Below are positions 50,591 through 61,669 of a stretch of 64,000 nucleotides of DNA, piece after piece. The notes under the pieces were generated by a model. It had not been told where the DNA came from. It ran no database searches and worked only from the letters and a program-made list of their open reading frames with translations. The translations under genes and the position numbers were made by a program. Source of the DNA: Candidatus Bathyarchaeota archaeon (GTDB lineage Archaea; Thermoproteota; Bathyarchaeia; Bathyarchaeales; Bathycorpusculaceae); contig CAWABA010000011.1 of the NCBI GenBank assembly GCA_963780185.1, positions 1 through 64,000 of the forward strand, given 5' to 3'. How positions within the stretch are numbered: position 1 is the stretch's first letter; the number at the start of each line of letters is the position of its first letter.

Positions 50591-51967
50591 CTAGAGCGTT
50601 TTTAGGGTCTTTTCAAGCTTTGAGGTGTAGTCTTTAACTAGCTTTAATGCTTTTTCTTGGTTTTTCGCCTCAGCGTAAAGCCTAAAAACGGGTTCTGTCC
50701 CGCTTGGTCTGATGAGGATGGCGCTGCTGTCGCTGAACCAAATCTTGATTCCGTCAATGGTGCTTATGTTTTCGCCTTTCACTTGCTCAAGCATTTTCTT
50801 TAAAAGACCCTGTTTCTTTTCGTCTGGGCACTCAATTTTCCCTTTCTCTATGAAGTATTGCGGTTGCTCAGCTACCAACTCAGAGAGCTTCTTTCCTGTT
50901 TGAGCCATAGTATCAAGCAACAGAGCAGTTGTCATTGCCCCGTCCCGCACGGCTTGGTGTGGACCATAAAAGATTCCACCGTTTTCTTCTCCGCCCAGCT
51001 TAGCATGGAGTTCTTTCATTTTCTGCGAAACCGTGACGCTTCCAACTTTGGTCCAGACCAACTCGCCCTTGTAGGCTTCGACTGTTTCCTTAATCAGGGT
51101 TGATGAGCTTACAGGTGTGACGATTTTTGCGCCTGGATTCTTGATGAGAAATTGTTTTGCAACTATCGCGAAGGTTTTGTCTCCCATGTAAATTGTCCCG
51201 TTCTCGTCGACAAAGATTGAGCGGTCAGCGTCGCCGTCGAAAGCCACGCCCATGTCTGCGCCGATAGCTTTTACCGTGGCTGATAGGTCGGTTAGGTTTT
51301 CGGGTCGTGGTTCAGGCATTCTTCCTGGAAAGGTGCCGTCGATGTTGGCGTTGATGCTGGTTACTTTGCAGCTAAGTTCCCTAAGCAGCTGCGGCCCAGT
51401 TAAGCCTCCGACACTGTTAGCAGCGTCGACCACGACATGGAAGTGTTTTTGCGCAATTTTCTGCAGATTAACGTGTTTTTTTATGGCTTGCACGTACTCG
51501 TCGTTGATTCCAGGCAGGTCCTGCACCGTGCCCAGCTTATCCCACTCGGCAAAAACAATCTTGTTGTCAAAATAAATGTTCTCTATTTCGACTTCTTGCT
51601 CATGGGAAGTTTCGATGCCGTCGCTCCAAATAACCTTGATGCCGTTATATTCAGGCGGGTTATGCGAAGCCGTAATTATCACGCCGCCGTCCATCTTGTG
51701 GTTCTTCACGGCGAATTGCAGAGAGGGAGTTGGCGCCATACCCGCGAAGAGCACATGGCAACCCGTGGAGGTTAAACCTGAAATCACCGCTTTAGCAAAC
51801 ATGCTGCCGCTTGTCCGTGCATCATAGCCGAGAAGCAGGTTTTTTCTTCCGAAAAAAGTTCCGATTGCGCAACCGACTTTAATCGCCATTTCAGGCGTCA
51901 ACTCGACGTTGACTAGGCCGCGGATGCCGTTGGTTCCGAAAAGCTTTCTTTCGCTCATAAATTTCAC
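50591..51967 (-). CDS. glmM: Phosphoglucosamine mutase / phosphohexomutase
   Basis: FGTNGIRG, TASHNP, DGDADR, RPSGTEP. Confidence 0.9.
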   Translation of the reverse strand: MKFMSERKLFGTNGIRGLVNVELTPEMAIKVGCAIGTFFGRKNLLLGYDARTSGSMFAKAVISGLTSTGCHVLFAGMAPTPSLQFAVKNHKMDGGVIITASHNPPEYNGIKVIWSDGIETSHEQEVEIENIYFDNKIVFAEWDKLGTVQDLPGINDEYVQAIKKHVNLQKIAQKHFHVVVDAANSVGGLTGPQLLRELSCKVTSINANIDGTFPGRMPEPRPENLTDLSATVKAIGADMGVAFDGDADRSIFVDENGTIYMGDKTFAIVAKQFLIKNPGAKIVTPVSSSTLIKETVEAYKGELVWTKVGSVTVSQKMKELHAKLGGEENGGIFYGPHQAVRDGAMTTALLLDTMAQTGKKLSELVAEQPQYFIEKGKIECPDEKKQGLLKKMLEQVKGENISTIDGIKIWFSDSSAILIRPSGTEPVFRLYAEAKNQEKALKLVKDYTSKLEKTLKTL

Positions 51968-51991
51968 TTCATTTTTCAGTTAATAGTTAAC

Positions 51992-53068
51992 TTAGGGTTT
52001 TATAATGTTTTCAGCCACTTCCTTAGCGGGGCAAACTGAAGAAGCTTCTGAAATATGCAGGTTATCTCTAATTTTTGCGTGGTCACCGATTATGCAGCCG
52101 CTGCTCAGCGTAACCTGTTTGCCGATGCGGGCTCCTTCCCCAATCAGCGCCCCGTCAATTTTGGTGAAATCGCCGATGGATGCGTGTGGAAAAACAACCG
52201 AGTTGCTTATGTGCACGTTTTTGCCGACGGTGACGTTTTCTCCGAGGATTGCGTAGGGGCCAATAACGGATTTTTCATCCACAAAGACTCCTTTGTCAAG
52301 GGCAACAGGATTTTTTAGCTCAAAGTTTTTTGGTTTTTTCTGTCTTTTGCCTTTGGTCAAGGTGTCAAGTATCATTTTGTTGGTTTGCAGGTACTCTTCG
52401 GGTTTACCTATATCAATCCACAAGCCGTCTACAAAGTGACCGAACAGTTTCCCCTCTTCAGCTAGTTTTGGAAAGACCTCGCGCTCCACGGAAACGGCTC
52501 TTCCAGAAGGAATGTAATCGAAAACTTCGGGGCTAAGCACGTAGACTCCTGCGTTTATGAGGTTGCTTGGCGCTTTGCCTTTCGGCGGCTTTTCAATAAA
52601 CCGTTTTATGCGACCTTCATCGCCCATTTCGGCAACCCCGTACCTAGACGGGTCGTCCACTTTGCAGAGAGCAATTGTAGCGTATCCACCCGCCTTCACG
52701 TGGGCGTCGTAGAGTTCCCTGTAACTTAAATCAGCAAAGATGTCCCCGTTCAAAACGATAAATGGATTATCAAGTCCCAAGAGCCGTTCCGCTTTTTTTA
52801 CTGGTCCACCTGTTCCCAAAGGCATCCTGGGTGGGTCAACAGAGAAGCGCACCTTCAAGCCATGCCTCCGCGGGCGCTGCTGTTTAATGTAGAATTGGGT
52901 TAATGCGTTGACTCCCATCACGGCTTCTTCGCAGCCGTCTTTCGCCAAATTCTCGAAAATCCACTCGAGCAACGGTTTGTTAACGATTGGGAAAAGGGTT
53001 TTTGGTCTGGAGCAGCTTAACGGGCGCAGTCTCGTCGCGAAGCCGCCTGCTAGGATCAATGCTTTCAT
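51992..53068 (-). CDS. NDP-sugar pyrophosphorylase (mannose-1-phosphate guanylyltransferase-like)
   Basis: LAGGFATRLRPL, LNGD, FIEKP, WIDIG, hexapeptide C-terminus. Confidence 0.92.
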   Translation of the reverse strand: MKALILAGGFATRLRPLSCSRPKTLFPIVNKPLLEWIFENLAKDGCEEAVMGVNALTQFYIKQQRPRRHGLKVRFSVDPPRMPLGTGGPVKKAERLLGLDNPFIVLNGDIFADLSYRELYDAHVKAGGYATIALCKVDDPSRYGVAEMGDEGRIKRFIEKPPKGKAPSNLINAGVYVLSPEVFDYIPSGRAVSVEREVFPKLAEEGKLFGHFVDGLWIDIGKPEEYLQTNKMILDTLTKGKRQKKPKNFELKNPVALDKGVFVDEKSVIGPYAILGENVTVGKNVHISNSVVFPHASIGDFTKIDGALIGEGARIGKQVTLSSGCIIGDHAKIRDNLHISEASSVCPAKEVAENIIKP

Positions 53069-53128
53069 GGAGTCACCTTGTGTAGGTAGTGTATTGGCTG
53101 TTTTTAATATAAACCGTTTTGCGTGTCT

Positions 53129-54679
53129 TTATTCCCACTCAATGGTTGCTGGCGGTTTGTGGGTGATGTCGTAGACTATGCGGGTGACCTGCGGAATCTC
53201 GTTTGAAATCCGCGTGGAAATCTTCTCAAGCACGGCATACGGGAGTTGGGCGAAGTTGGCGGTCATGGCTTCTTGGCTTTCCATTGCTCTCACAGCAACC
53301 ACGTACCCGTAGGCTCTGGAATCGCCTTTCACACCTGTCGCTTTCGTGTCAGTTAACACGGCAAAGTACTGCCACAAGTTTCCAGCCAAGTTGTTTTTCT
53401 CGATTTCTTGGCGCACGATAGCGTCAGCTTTCTTGGTTATGGCAACTTTTTCAGGCGTCAACTCGCCTATTATGCGGACGGCTAAGCCGGGTCCCGGGAA
53501 CGGTTGACGGTTAACCAGCTCCTTGGGCAGCCCGAGCATTTTGGCTACTTTACGCACCTCATCCTTGTAGAGGTCACGGAGTGGCTCAACAATCTTTTTG
53601 AATTTGATGTTTTTCGGGATTCCAGCGACGTTGTGATGAGTTTTTATCAGATCCGAGTTTTTGCGGCAGCCTGACTCGATTCTGTCAGGGTAAATGGTTC
53701 CTTGAAGCAGGTACTGGGCGCCTGATTTTTCAGCGTATTCCTCAAAAACCCTGATAAATTCTTCCCCGATGGCTCTGCGTTTCAACTCGGGGTCAACTAC
53801 GCCTTTGAGTTTTTTCATGAAGCGGTCCTGCGCGTTCGCCATGACAAAGTTGATCGGCAACTTCCCAAACGCCGCGCATACGGCTTCAGGTTCCCCTTCA
53901 CGCATGAACCCGTGATCAACAAAAACCGCAGTCAACTTGTCTCCCAACGCCTGCGCCGCAAGCGCGGTGGCGACGCCTGAATCTATGCCTCCGCTGAGTC
54001 CGATTATGGCTTTGTTGTCGCCGATTTCAGATTTGATTTCCGCCACCATTTTGCCGATTAGGTCTTCCATTTGCCAGTTGGGTTGGCATTTGCAGACGTT
54101 GAAGATGAAGTTTTGTAGCATGCGCGCGCCGTGTTCAGTGTGGATGACTTCAGGGTGCCACTGTAAACCGTAAATAGGCTTATTTTTATGCCTAAACGCC
54201 GCTACAGGGCAGCTGTCGGTGTGCGCCAACTCCTCAAACTCCGAAGGCAACGAAAAAACCGTGTCGCCGTGGCTCATCCAAACCTTTTCTTTACCGCTAA
54301 GCCCCTCCAACACGCCTACGGGCTTGTCAATGTCTACCTGCGCGGTTCCGTATTCTTTGCATGTTGCAGGCTCCACTCTGCCATGAGCCACCTGGGCTAA
54401 AAGCTGGTGCCCATAGCACAAGCCCAAAATCGGAAGGTCCAAATCTAAAATGCGTGGGTCAATTTTAGGCGCGTTTTTGTCGTAGACGCTTGATGGTCCA
54501 CCGGAGAGGATTAAGCCTTTGACGTTGAATTTTTCGTTGAGCGCCGTCACTTCTTCAGGCGATATGTCGTAAGCAACAATTTCTGAGTAGACACCGTTTT
54601 CCCTGATTCTTCTGCCTATAAGATGGCAGTATTGCCCTCCGAAATCCAGAACTAGGATGGTGTCGTATTTTGGCTGCAT
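53129..54679 (-). CDS. guaA: GMP synthase (glutamine-hydrolyzing), fused GATase and synthase
   Basis: LDFGGQY, GLCYGHQ, HPEV, SGGIDS, KTHHNV, KPPATIEWE. Confidence 0.97.
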   Translation of the reverse strand: MQPKYDTILVLDFGGQYCHLIGRRIRENGVYSEIVAYDISPEEVTALNEKFNVKGLILSGGPSSVYDKNAPKIDPRILDLDLPILGLCYGHQLLAQVAHGRVEPATCKEYGTAQVDIDKPVGVLEGLSGKEKVWMSHGDTVFSLPSEFEELAHTDSCPVAAFRHKNKPIYGLQWHPEVIHTEHGARMLQNFIFNVCKCQPNWQMEDLIGKMVAEIKSEIGDNKAIIGLSGGIDSGVATALAAQALGDKLTAVFVDHGFMREGEPEAVCAAFGKLPINFVMANAQDRFMKKLKGVVDPELKRRAIGEEFIRVFEEYAEKSGAQYLLQGTIYPDRIESGCRKNSDLIKTHHNVAGIPKNIKFKKIVEPLRDLYKDEVRKVAKMLGLPKELVNRQPFPGPGLAVRIIGELTPEKVAITKKADAIVRQEIEKNNLAGNLWQYFAVLTDTKATGVKGDSRAYGYVVAVRAMESQEAMTANFAQLPYAVLEKISTRISNEIPQVTRIVYDITHKPPATIEWE

Positions 54680-54906
54680 TTTGGCGAGTCAAACTATTGG
54701 GGTTTACGCTAGTAATTTAACATTGCTGTCTATTTCCCGTCAAAACCAAAATCGAATCAACCTTTCCAAAACGGCATTTTCGCCTTAAGGATTCATTCAT
54801 TGTCGGGGGCGAGAAACTAAACTTTTATTAACATAATCGTATGATAATCAAAATGTTGTTTCAAAAACAGGGGTTTAATTGAAAAAACGTGCAGAATGGT
54901 GTCACC

Positions 54907-55350
54907 ATGGAACTGAATGAAACTGACCAGAAAATTCTGAAAAGCCTACTTGAAGATGCAAGGTTCTCCAGCAGGCAAATAGCCAAAAACGTAGGCGTAT
55001 CAGTCGGAACCGTTCTTTCAAGAATCAAAAAGATGGAAGACGACGGCCTCATCAGAGGCTACTCCGTCATCATCGACCATGAAAAACTGGGTTACCAGTT
55101 GACGGTGGTAACTGAAATCACCGTTTCCAAAGGCAAACTTGTCGAAACAGAAAACGAAATAGCGAAGATTCCAAACGTATGCGGCGTTTACGACGTCACA
55201 GGTTTAACCGACGCCATAATCGTTGCCAAGTTCAAAAGCCGAGAAGACCTCGGGCACTTCACCAAGAAACTGCTTGCGCTGCCCTTCATAGAGCGAACAA
55301 ACACACATGTAGTTTTAGCCACGGTTAAAGAAAACTTCCGCCTGCTCTAA
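54907..55350 (+). CDS. Lrp/AsnC family regulator
   Basis: LNETDQKILKSLLEDARFS...RIKKME...YDVTG. Confidence 0.93.
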   Translation: MELNETDQKILKSLLEDARFSSRQIAKNVGVSVGTVLSRIKKMEDDGLIRGYSVIIDHEKLGYQLTVVTEITVSKGKLVETENEIAKIPNVCGVYDVTGLTDAIIVAKFKSREDLGHFTKKLLALPFIERTNTHVVLATVKENFRLL

Positions 55351-55475
55351 CTACCCAATTTTTTAAGCATTTTCGCGTTTCCAGAGCGAATAGCCTTCAC
55401 CGCAAAGTAAAGCCTTTAAATGTCAAAGCAGATTCTATATTCCGCACTAGCCTCAAACAGCAACAAAACGTGCAT

Positions 55476-55563
55476 GCGGAGGTCGCCCAGCATGGCCAAA
55501 GGCGTAGGACTGAGGCTCCTATCCCGCAGGGGTTCGTGGGTTCAAATCCCACCCTCCGCACCA
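55476..55563 (+). tRNA. tRNA-Leu(GAG)
   Basis: GCGGAGG...TAGGA-CTGAGGC-TCCTA, long variable arm, GTGGG-TTCAAAT-CCCAC, CCTCCGC-ACCA. Confidence 0.96.
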
Positions 55564-55590
55564 AAAATTCTGAAAACGTGATAGCAGATT

Positions 55591-56073
55591 TTAACGGTGA
55601 TTTAATTCTTTTAGTAGAACTTTGGCTTCCAGCGGCAGCTGTGGTCTGTTTCTTCGGTCAACAGTTAAGAACACTGATCCTACAACGATTAGGGCTGCTC
55701 CGAAGAATGTCACGCTTAATATGGGAACAAGCTTCAGTTCAAGCCCGAGAGTGAAAGCGATTATTCCGACTCCGATAAGAATCATTACCGAGTTGCTTCT
55801 TGCCGCTGTCGAATGCAGCGCGAACTCTTTTTTTCCGTCTTCAGTCACGTAGTAGAAGCCTTGTTTTTCCTCTATCATGCCAGCGGTCAACAGGTAGTTC
55901 CAGTCATAGTGGAAATGGCCGTCGGACTTGTAGCCCAACGCGGAGCTTATGCTTGATTTGACTCCGGGTTCAGCCTTGATTCGGTTGTTTGGCGCGGAGT
56001 AGATGAAGTACAGCAGCTTTGTTCTTGGCGACTGAATATCAGCGCTTATTCCACGTGGCTTAGACACTAACAC
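55591..56073 (-). CDS. Hypothetical protein: winged-helix-like N-terminus plus two TM helices
   Basis: YLLTAGMIEEKQGFYYVTEDGK wing-like segment followed by two hydrophobic stretches. Confidence 0.65.
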   Translation of the reverse strand: MLVSKPRGISADIQSPRTKLLYFIYSAPNNRIKAEPGVKSSISSALGYKSDGHFHYDWNYLLTAGMIEEKQGFYYVTEDGKKEFALHSTAARSNSVMILIGVGIIAFTLGLELKLVPILSVTFFGAALIVVGSVFLTVDRRNRPQLPLEAKVLLKELNHR

Positions 56074-56170
56074 CCACGGCTCCAGCTAAGCATACACGGC
56101 AAGATAAAGCAAGCTCTGCAACCAAATTTTCTTTCCATGATTTGACTATATTCTGCGGGTTTGCTTATGA

Positions 56171-56227
56171 CTCTAACCCTTAGAGCCGTGGCTCCAACCG
56201 TTAGGGCTGGAAATCTAAATGTTAGGG
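56171..56227. promoter_or_regulatory. Three phased 15-bp palindromic boxes (CTAA-N3-TTAG-like)
   Basis: ctctaacccttagag 56171, ctccaaccgttaggg 56192, atctaaatgttaggg 56213; exact 21-bp period. Confidence 0.55.
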
Positions 56228-56289
56228 CTATAACCAACAGTCCCCTTGTATGCTTTTCAGAAAACAAAAAAATTGGAGGAAAAAACAAA

Positions 56290-56988
56290 ATGGGTACAAG
56301 TTTCGAATACAGCAAAACATTGTGCGGCGAAGGATCAATCCTGCTGGTACTGGGTTTAGTTCCTTACGTCGGCTGGGTATTGGGAATCATCGGTGTAATC
56401 CTACTTCTCAGGGGACTCAAAGAAATTGCCCTTTACTATCAAGACAACGAAATCTACGAGAACGCGTTGACAGGCGTCAAATTCTACATAATCGCCTTGA
56501 TAGCAGCGGCAGTAGCCATTACGGGAATAGTTGTCGGCATCGGAACTGCAACAGGATTCAAATTTAATTCAAGCTTCACACTCACAGCAGGCTTCGGAAT
56601 CGGATTAGCAACTTTCCTAGGCGGAATCATCATCGCGTTTATATTCTACGTACTTGCGGCAATGCACCTAAAACAAACATTCAACACGCTCGCGCAGAAA
56701 ACAGGAGAACACTCGTTTGCAACAGCCGCATCGCTGCTTTGGTGGGGATCCATACTGACGATAATCGGCGTTGGCTTTATCCTGATATTCATCGCTTGGA
56801 TATTTGCAGTAGTCGGCTTCTTCACCATGAAATCACCGCAACGACAATCCGACGCTCCGCCACAATACAGCTACACTGCACCGCCCACCACATCACCGCC
56901 AACTCAAACCTCGCGATACTGCTCCTACTGCGGCGCACAAATAAAGCCAGATGCAGCCTTCTGCCCCAATTGCGGAAAACAACAATAA
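56290..56988 (+). CDS. DUF996-like membrane protein with C-terminal zinc ribbon
   Basis: KTLCGEGSILLVL..., multiple TMs, CSYCG...FCPNCG. Confidence 0.8.
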   Translation: MGTSFEYSKTLCGEGSILLVLGLVPYVGWVLGIIGVILLLRGLKEIALYYQDNEIYENALTGVKFYIIALIAAAVAITGIVVGIGTATGFKFNSSFTLTAGFGIGLATFLGGIIIAFIFYVLAAMHLKQTFNTLAQKTGEHSFATAASLLWWGSILTIIGVGFILIFIAWIFAVVGFFTMKSPQRQSDAPPQYSYTAPPTTSPPTQTSRYCSYCGAQIKPDAAFCPNCGKQQ

Positions 56989-57142
56989 GCCAAAAAGAAT
57001 CCTCTCCTTTCAAGCCCAAAGCTTGCTGAGGAGAATTCTTCCATAAAACCTTTTTTTTATTGATTACATTTTAAAGGTAATTATTAGCGCCAGCGGTCGT
57101 GGGGTTAGACACAAAATATTAAGGAAGCTGCTAATTCAGTAG

Positions 57143-57616
57143 TTGGCGACCGCTATGCCGTTACCTGTCAGATACCATTTTAGTCAGCGTTTCGCTGTTT
57201 CCGCACAGAAAGCCTTCGAATGGTGCACCAGCTTTGACCCGCAGGACCACGCCTTAATGGGTGAAAAAGGTGCGAAGCGACAAGTGACCCTAGTCACCAA
57301 AGGCACGATAATCCTACTGGACGCTTTTCCATCAAAAACGGGCAAGGTTGAAAAACAGAAGCTTGTTCAACTCTACCCAGAAAACCTTTCATGGGTATCC
57401 ACGCATTTGACGGGACCAAACCAATACTCGCAGTTTCTGTACCAGATTTCAACCAGAGGCAAATCGGCTTCGGTTTTAGAGTTTACAGGTTTGCATTTGG
57501 ATTATGAGGGCAAAGAAGACAGTCGGGCACTTGCAACTAGATTGCGCAGGGAAGATGCAGCGGCGTGGAAGCTTTTGGCAAAAGCGATGAAGCGGGAGCT
57601 TGGCAAGAAAAAGTGA
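57143..57616 (+). CDS. Hypothetical protein (possible SRPBCC/START-like fold)
   Basis: QKAFEWCT near the N-terminus; C-terminal helix AAAWKLLAKAM. Confidence 0.6.
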   Translation: MATAMPLPVRYHFSQRFAVSAQKAFEWCTSFDPQDHALMGEKGAKRQVTLVTKGTIILLDAFPSKTGKVEKQKLVQLYPENLSWVSTHLTGPNQYSQFLYQISTRGKSASVLEFTGLHLDYEGKEDSRALATRLRREDAAAWKLLAKAMKRELGKKK

Positions 57617-57653
57617 AATGGTTTTTGGTCGTCCCGCTTTAGCGATTGGATAG

Positions 57654-58848
57654 TTATCCGTTGACTGTTTTAGTGTTGCCGTAGCGACTTTGCAAGTTGG
57701 AGTGTTGGATGGGGTTTACGCCAGGTGGAAGGTGAACCACGATGTTGCCAAAAGTTACGGTGCTTGTCAAATTAACCTTGAAGTTCTGATTCACCGTAAT
57801 GTCAATGTTGTTTGAGAAAGTCCAAGCGCTAATACCCACAAACCCGTTTTCGATTCCATAACTATACGTGTTGTTCGGCTCTTGCGGTTCACCTTCATTG
57901 CCGCCGAATCGTGGATAATAATTGACGCCTCCGTTTCGGGGGACTGGACCGTATTGTTGAAGGAACACGGTGTGGCTGACTTGCGAGTTGTTGTTTGTGA
58001 AGTAAATGTTGATGTCTCCGTCAACGCTGCCTACAGCCAAATTCAAGGTAGTAATGTTGTTGGGAACTTGAGCGCTGTTTATGTAATGGCTTTCAGTTGC
58101 AACATAACTTGTCGTGTACGTTCCAGCCAAAGCAGAGCCAAAAAACAATATCGAAATAAGAAGCACCACAAGAGCAACCGAAGTAACTGCAAAACGCCGT
58201 AAGCCTTTGAGAACCAGAACACCCATCACCAGAAAAGCCGCGGAAATACTATACTCAAAAAATGTTCCAGACAAGGCAACCAAATAACTTAAGAAAATTA
58301 TGGCGGCTGAAACGCAATAGGGCAAAAACTGCTTCCTCCATAGAGATGGGTTAACCCTGATTTCTTTTTGATTCTTTGAGGACCAAAGCAAAAACCCCAA
58401 GAACTATCAATAAGCCAATTGCTAATGGCAAAATTCCTTGCACACTGAATAATGATACAGTAAACAGCGCGGGGAAGCCGAAAATGGCGTCGCCTGCCCC
58501 GTTTAAGAAGACAAAGAGAACGCCTAAGGCAACGAATAGTACCCCGAAGGCGATTCTGGGTCTGACCACAAAATTGTACTTGTAGAAAAAATATGCAAAC
58601 ACAATTAGGGCGGTTGAGCTGGCAAAGTAAATGATGGACATTGTGTATTGCCGCGTGGACAGATTGGTGACTCCTAAGAAAACACCCAGTAGGATAGAAA
58701 GTATCAGGGCAGTCAAGCGAGCCCCCTTGTCTTTCGGCGGCTTAGCCTTCGGCTTCTCAGAAGTGTCGCCCGTGGATCTTTTGGGTAGCGTTGGTTCTTT
58801 CGGAAGCCAGCCCCGAATGCGCGATTCCAAACTTTTCTTGACGTTCAT
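57654..58848 (-). CDS. IRGW-motif membrane protein, cassette 4 (frameshift near 58395; C-terminal extracellular beta domain, DUF4097/LiaF-like)
   Basis: ORFs 58351-58848 (MNVKKSLESRIRGWLPKEP) and 57654-58400 overlap and join. Confidence 0.7.
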
Positions 58849-60347
58849 GTTTTCAACTCTGTGGACGACGTGGGTGCGCTTTGCTTTTGCCTCGTTATCC
58901 AGGCTCCCAGCGCTTGCTGGGCTGGAATGGCAACGCTAAGCGCCAAAAGCGCCAATGATCCCGCCACCGCCGGAGTCGTGAATTGACTAAGAATCGGGTT
59001 GGACACTCTTGTCGGCACCGTCTCGTTTGTTCCCCAGGAGTACCATATTGAGATGTCCATTTGGTCGGGCACCACATAGTCGTAGTGCAGCCTGAAGTAG
59101 TAGGTCCCATTTTGCCACGGATGCCAAGACCTTGAAGCCCAATTTGTGACGTTATTTACGTAGAAGAAGATGTAAGGCGATGTCGGTGCTGAGGCAGACT
59201 GGTTCATTACTTGGACGCTGAAGCCTGACGCCTCGGTTTGATGAGGGCCTAGCTGGCGACAATTATCTCGAAGTCAACGTGGTCCGCCGTCGTCAGGTTC
59301 TGTACAACTTCAGAATCAGGTATGGGATGGCTGAGAGTGAAGCCATCCTGCGCTATGATTGCGCTATGGCCGATCGGGCGTCAACTTGGCTTCCACATGA
59401 TAGACAAAAGCCATCGAAAAGACAAGCATAACTATGCCAGACACCGCGAATATCACCCTCAGCGTTCTGTGCACATCAACGTTTGCCTCTTGTGAAAGTC
59501 TTCCTGTGAATGCATAAAACGTGGTGAAAACTGAAACCCCCATCATTGAGGTTTCAAAGTAGCCGACGGGATTGATGATTCTCAGCCACAGAAGTGTGCC
59601 AGCTGCAGCGACTACCGAACCCGACAGCGCCAGCAGAAGTATTCTGTAATTGTCGTTGAGCGCATGACGCTTTCTAAGCTCACGTACCCCTATCCCAAAA
59701 TACAGGCCCATCTGCGTCAAGAAAATCCCTGCGAGAGCGGGATTCACGCTGCTATTCCATGCGGCAAGGAAAACGAAAACTGAAGATAGGATGGGCCAAT
59801 ACACAAAATAGCCTATGCACGTCCAAAAATTCGCTGGAATACCTGCGAAACCCCTTCCACCCGGAGGTGGGGAAGGCTTCAGTGCCGGTGGATATTTTGC
59901 CAATTCCATTGCGCCGCTCGCAACCATCAAAAAAAATGGCAAGACTCCTAAAAGTCTGCAGGCTAAAATCGTCATTATGCTTGCGATAATCAGCAAGATG
60001 CCGCCTTGCCTGTTTTTTCTTGAGACCCCAACAAAAGCGATTATCGATGCCGCCCCGCCAACACCGGCGAAAACAAAGTATTGAATACCTGCGAGCTGAG
60101 GAAGGAGGTTGACAATTTCGTAATTGTTCAGAAACCTAAACGCGCCTAAGAAAAGCACGAAGAAAATCTGCCATGCAACTATCAGAACCGCAGATATTGC
60201 GCCAACTAAACCAAGAACATAACTTCTTTCCATTCTTGGCTTAGGCTCCTGTTTCTGGAAATCTATCTTGACTGGAGCCTCAGGAAGCTTCGGCTGTTGC
60301 GGGAACCAGCCTCTGATTTTTTGCTGCAAGGTTTTTTTTGCGTTCAT
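58845..60347 (-). CDS. IRGW-motif membrane protein, cassette 3 (probably continues through frameshifts into 58845-59207)
   Basis: MNAKKTLQQKIRGWFPQQP, about 9 TMs; downstream ORF ends TELKT* overlapping the next ATG. Confidence 0.65.
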
Positions 60348-60377
60348 GTTTTCAACTCCGTATAGATTCAGAGAAAA

Positions 60378-61041
60378 TCATGCAGGCGCTCCTTGAACCT
60401 TCGTTAGTGACTTACGAGATTTGAGGTAAAGATATCCGATCCATAGAGTGCCCGAGCTAACGAGCATTGCTCCAGCGGTTCCAAATCCAATTGAGAAAAA
60501 AGGTGCAGAAGTCGATGCCAATGGATAAGAATACAAAACCGCGTTTGACACTGAACCCATAACGGCAAATGCCCCACCATTTAAGAAGCCAATTGCCAAG
60601 GCAAAACTGGTTTTCTTGTATCTTGTAAGATTCCGAATAGTTGGATTCATTAGATTAACTGAAGTAAGAATGAGCAGAAAGCTAGAAATAAACTACTGCG
60701 GCGGCACAGAAGGAAATGTCAAATACTGTACCATCGAGTAGATATTCGATCTCGTTCGCTTTCCATCCTGACATAATTAGGGTGTTTCTTTGGCTCCAAT
60801 AAGTTGAGTTTAAAGATGACCACAGCAACAACCCAATAAGAAGAACGGCTAGGCTGCCTCCAATCATGATGCCATTCAAAAGATTGCTTGAAGACCAAAT
60901 TAGAAAATTTTTGTTCTCCAGAGGCTTTTCATTAAAGACCGCTGTTCGTCTAGAACTTGGTGCTGATGGCTGTTTGGGCAGGTTTGGTGTTTTGGGAAGC
61001 CAGCCTCGAATGCGGTTTTCTAAGGTTTTTTTGACGTCCAT
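60378..61041 (-). CDS. IRGW-motif membrane protein, cassette 2 (frameshift near 60690)
   Basis: MDVKKTLENRIRGWLPKTP; the frame of 60378-60650 is open upstream as SLFLAFLLILTSVNL. Confidence 0.7.
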
Positions 61042-61045
61042 GTTT

Positions 61046-61669
61046 TCAGCCCTGTAAACGGTTGATTTCATTCGTTCTTATGTCCATTAGTCGAGCGGCT
61101 ATTTGCTTGGGAATCAAATAGTGATACACAAGAAAGGTAGCCATCAATACTCCTATCCCTGTTATGTACAGGTCAAATCCTAGAGCCGAATATGGATGCC
61201 ATGAATAAAAGTCAGGTACACTTTTCGAAAGAGGATATGATATATAAAAAGAAGCAACGAAGACTCCTATGCTCATGAGAGCGAATCCAATTGAATTAGG
61301 AATTATTTCAAAAAACTTTAGTCTTCCTTTAAAACTAATTGTATCTCTGTACATTCTCAGATCTAAAGTCCCGAAAATTATTAAAAATGAGCAAAACCCA
61401 AAAATGGCAGCTAACAACGCCGTGTTTTGGACAACATCCAAATAAAAATAACTGTCGTTAAGTGCAAAAGTCCACAGTGTTCCTAAAACCAAGAAAACAC
61501 CAAGGTTAATCAAGACTATCGATTTTTCGATTTCTTTTACATCTTGTTTGTTCAAAGGTTTCGGGTTGGTTTTTGTCAGAGGAGCAGTATGTTGTATGGC
61601 GATGTCTAATTTCGGTTCTTGCGGGAACCATCCCCTAATTTTGTTCTCCAACTTTTGGGTGTATTTCAT
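61046..61669 (-). CDS. IRGW-motif membrane protein, cassette 1 (intact, 4 TM)
   Basis: MKYTQKLENKIRGWFPQEP; ATGA overlap with the upstream regulator. Confidence 0.8.
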   Translation of the reverse strand: MKYTQKLENKIRGWFPQEPKLDIAIQHTAPLTKTNPKPLNKQDVKEIEKSIVLINLGVFLVLGTLWTFALNDSYFYLDVVQNTALLAAIFGFCSFLIIFGTLDLRMYRDTISFKGRLKFFEIIPNSIGFALMSIGVFVASFYISYPLSKSVPDFYSWHPYSALGFDLYITGIGVLMATFLVYHYLIPKQIAARLMDIRTNEINRLQG

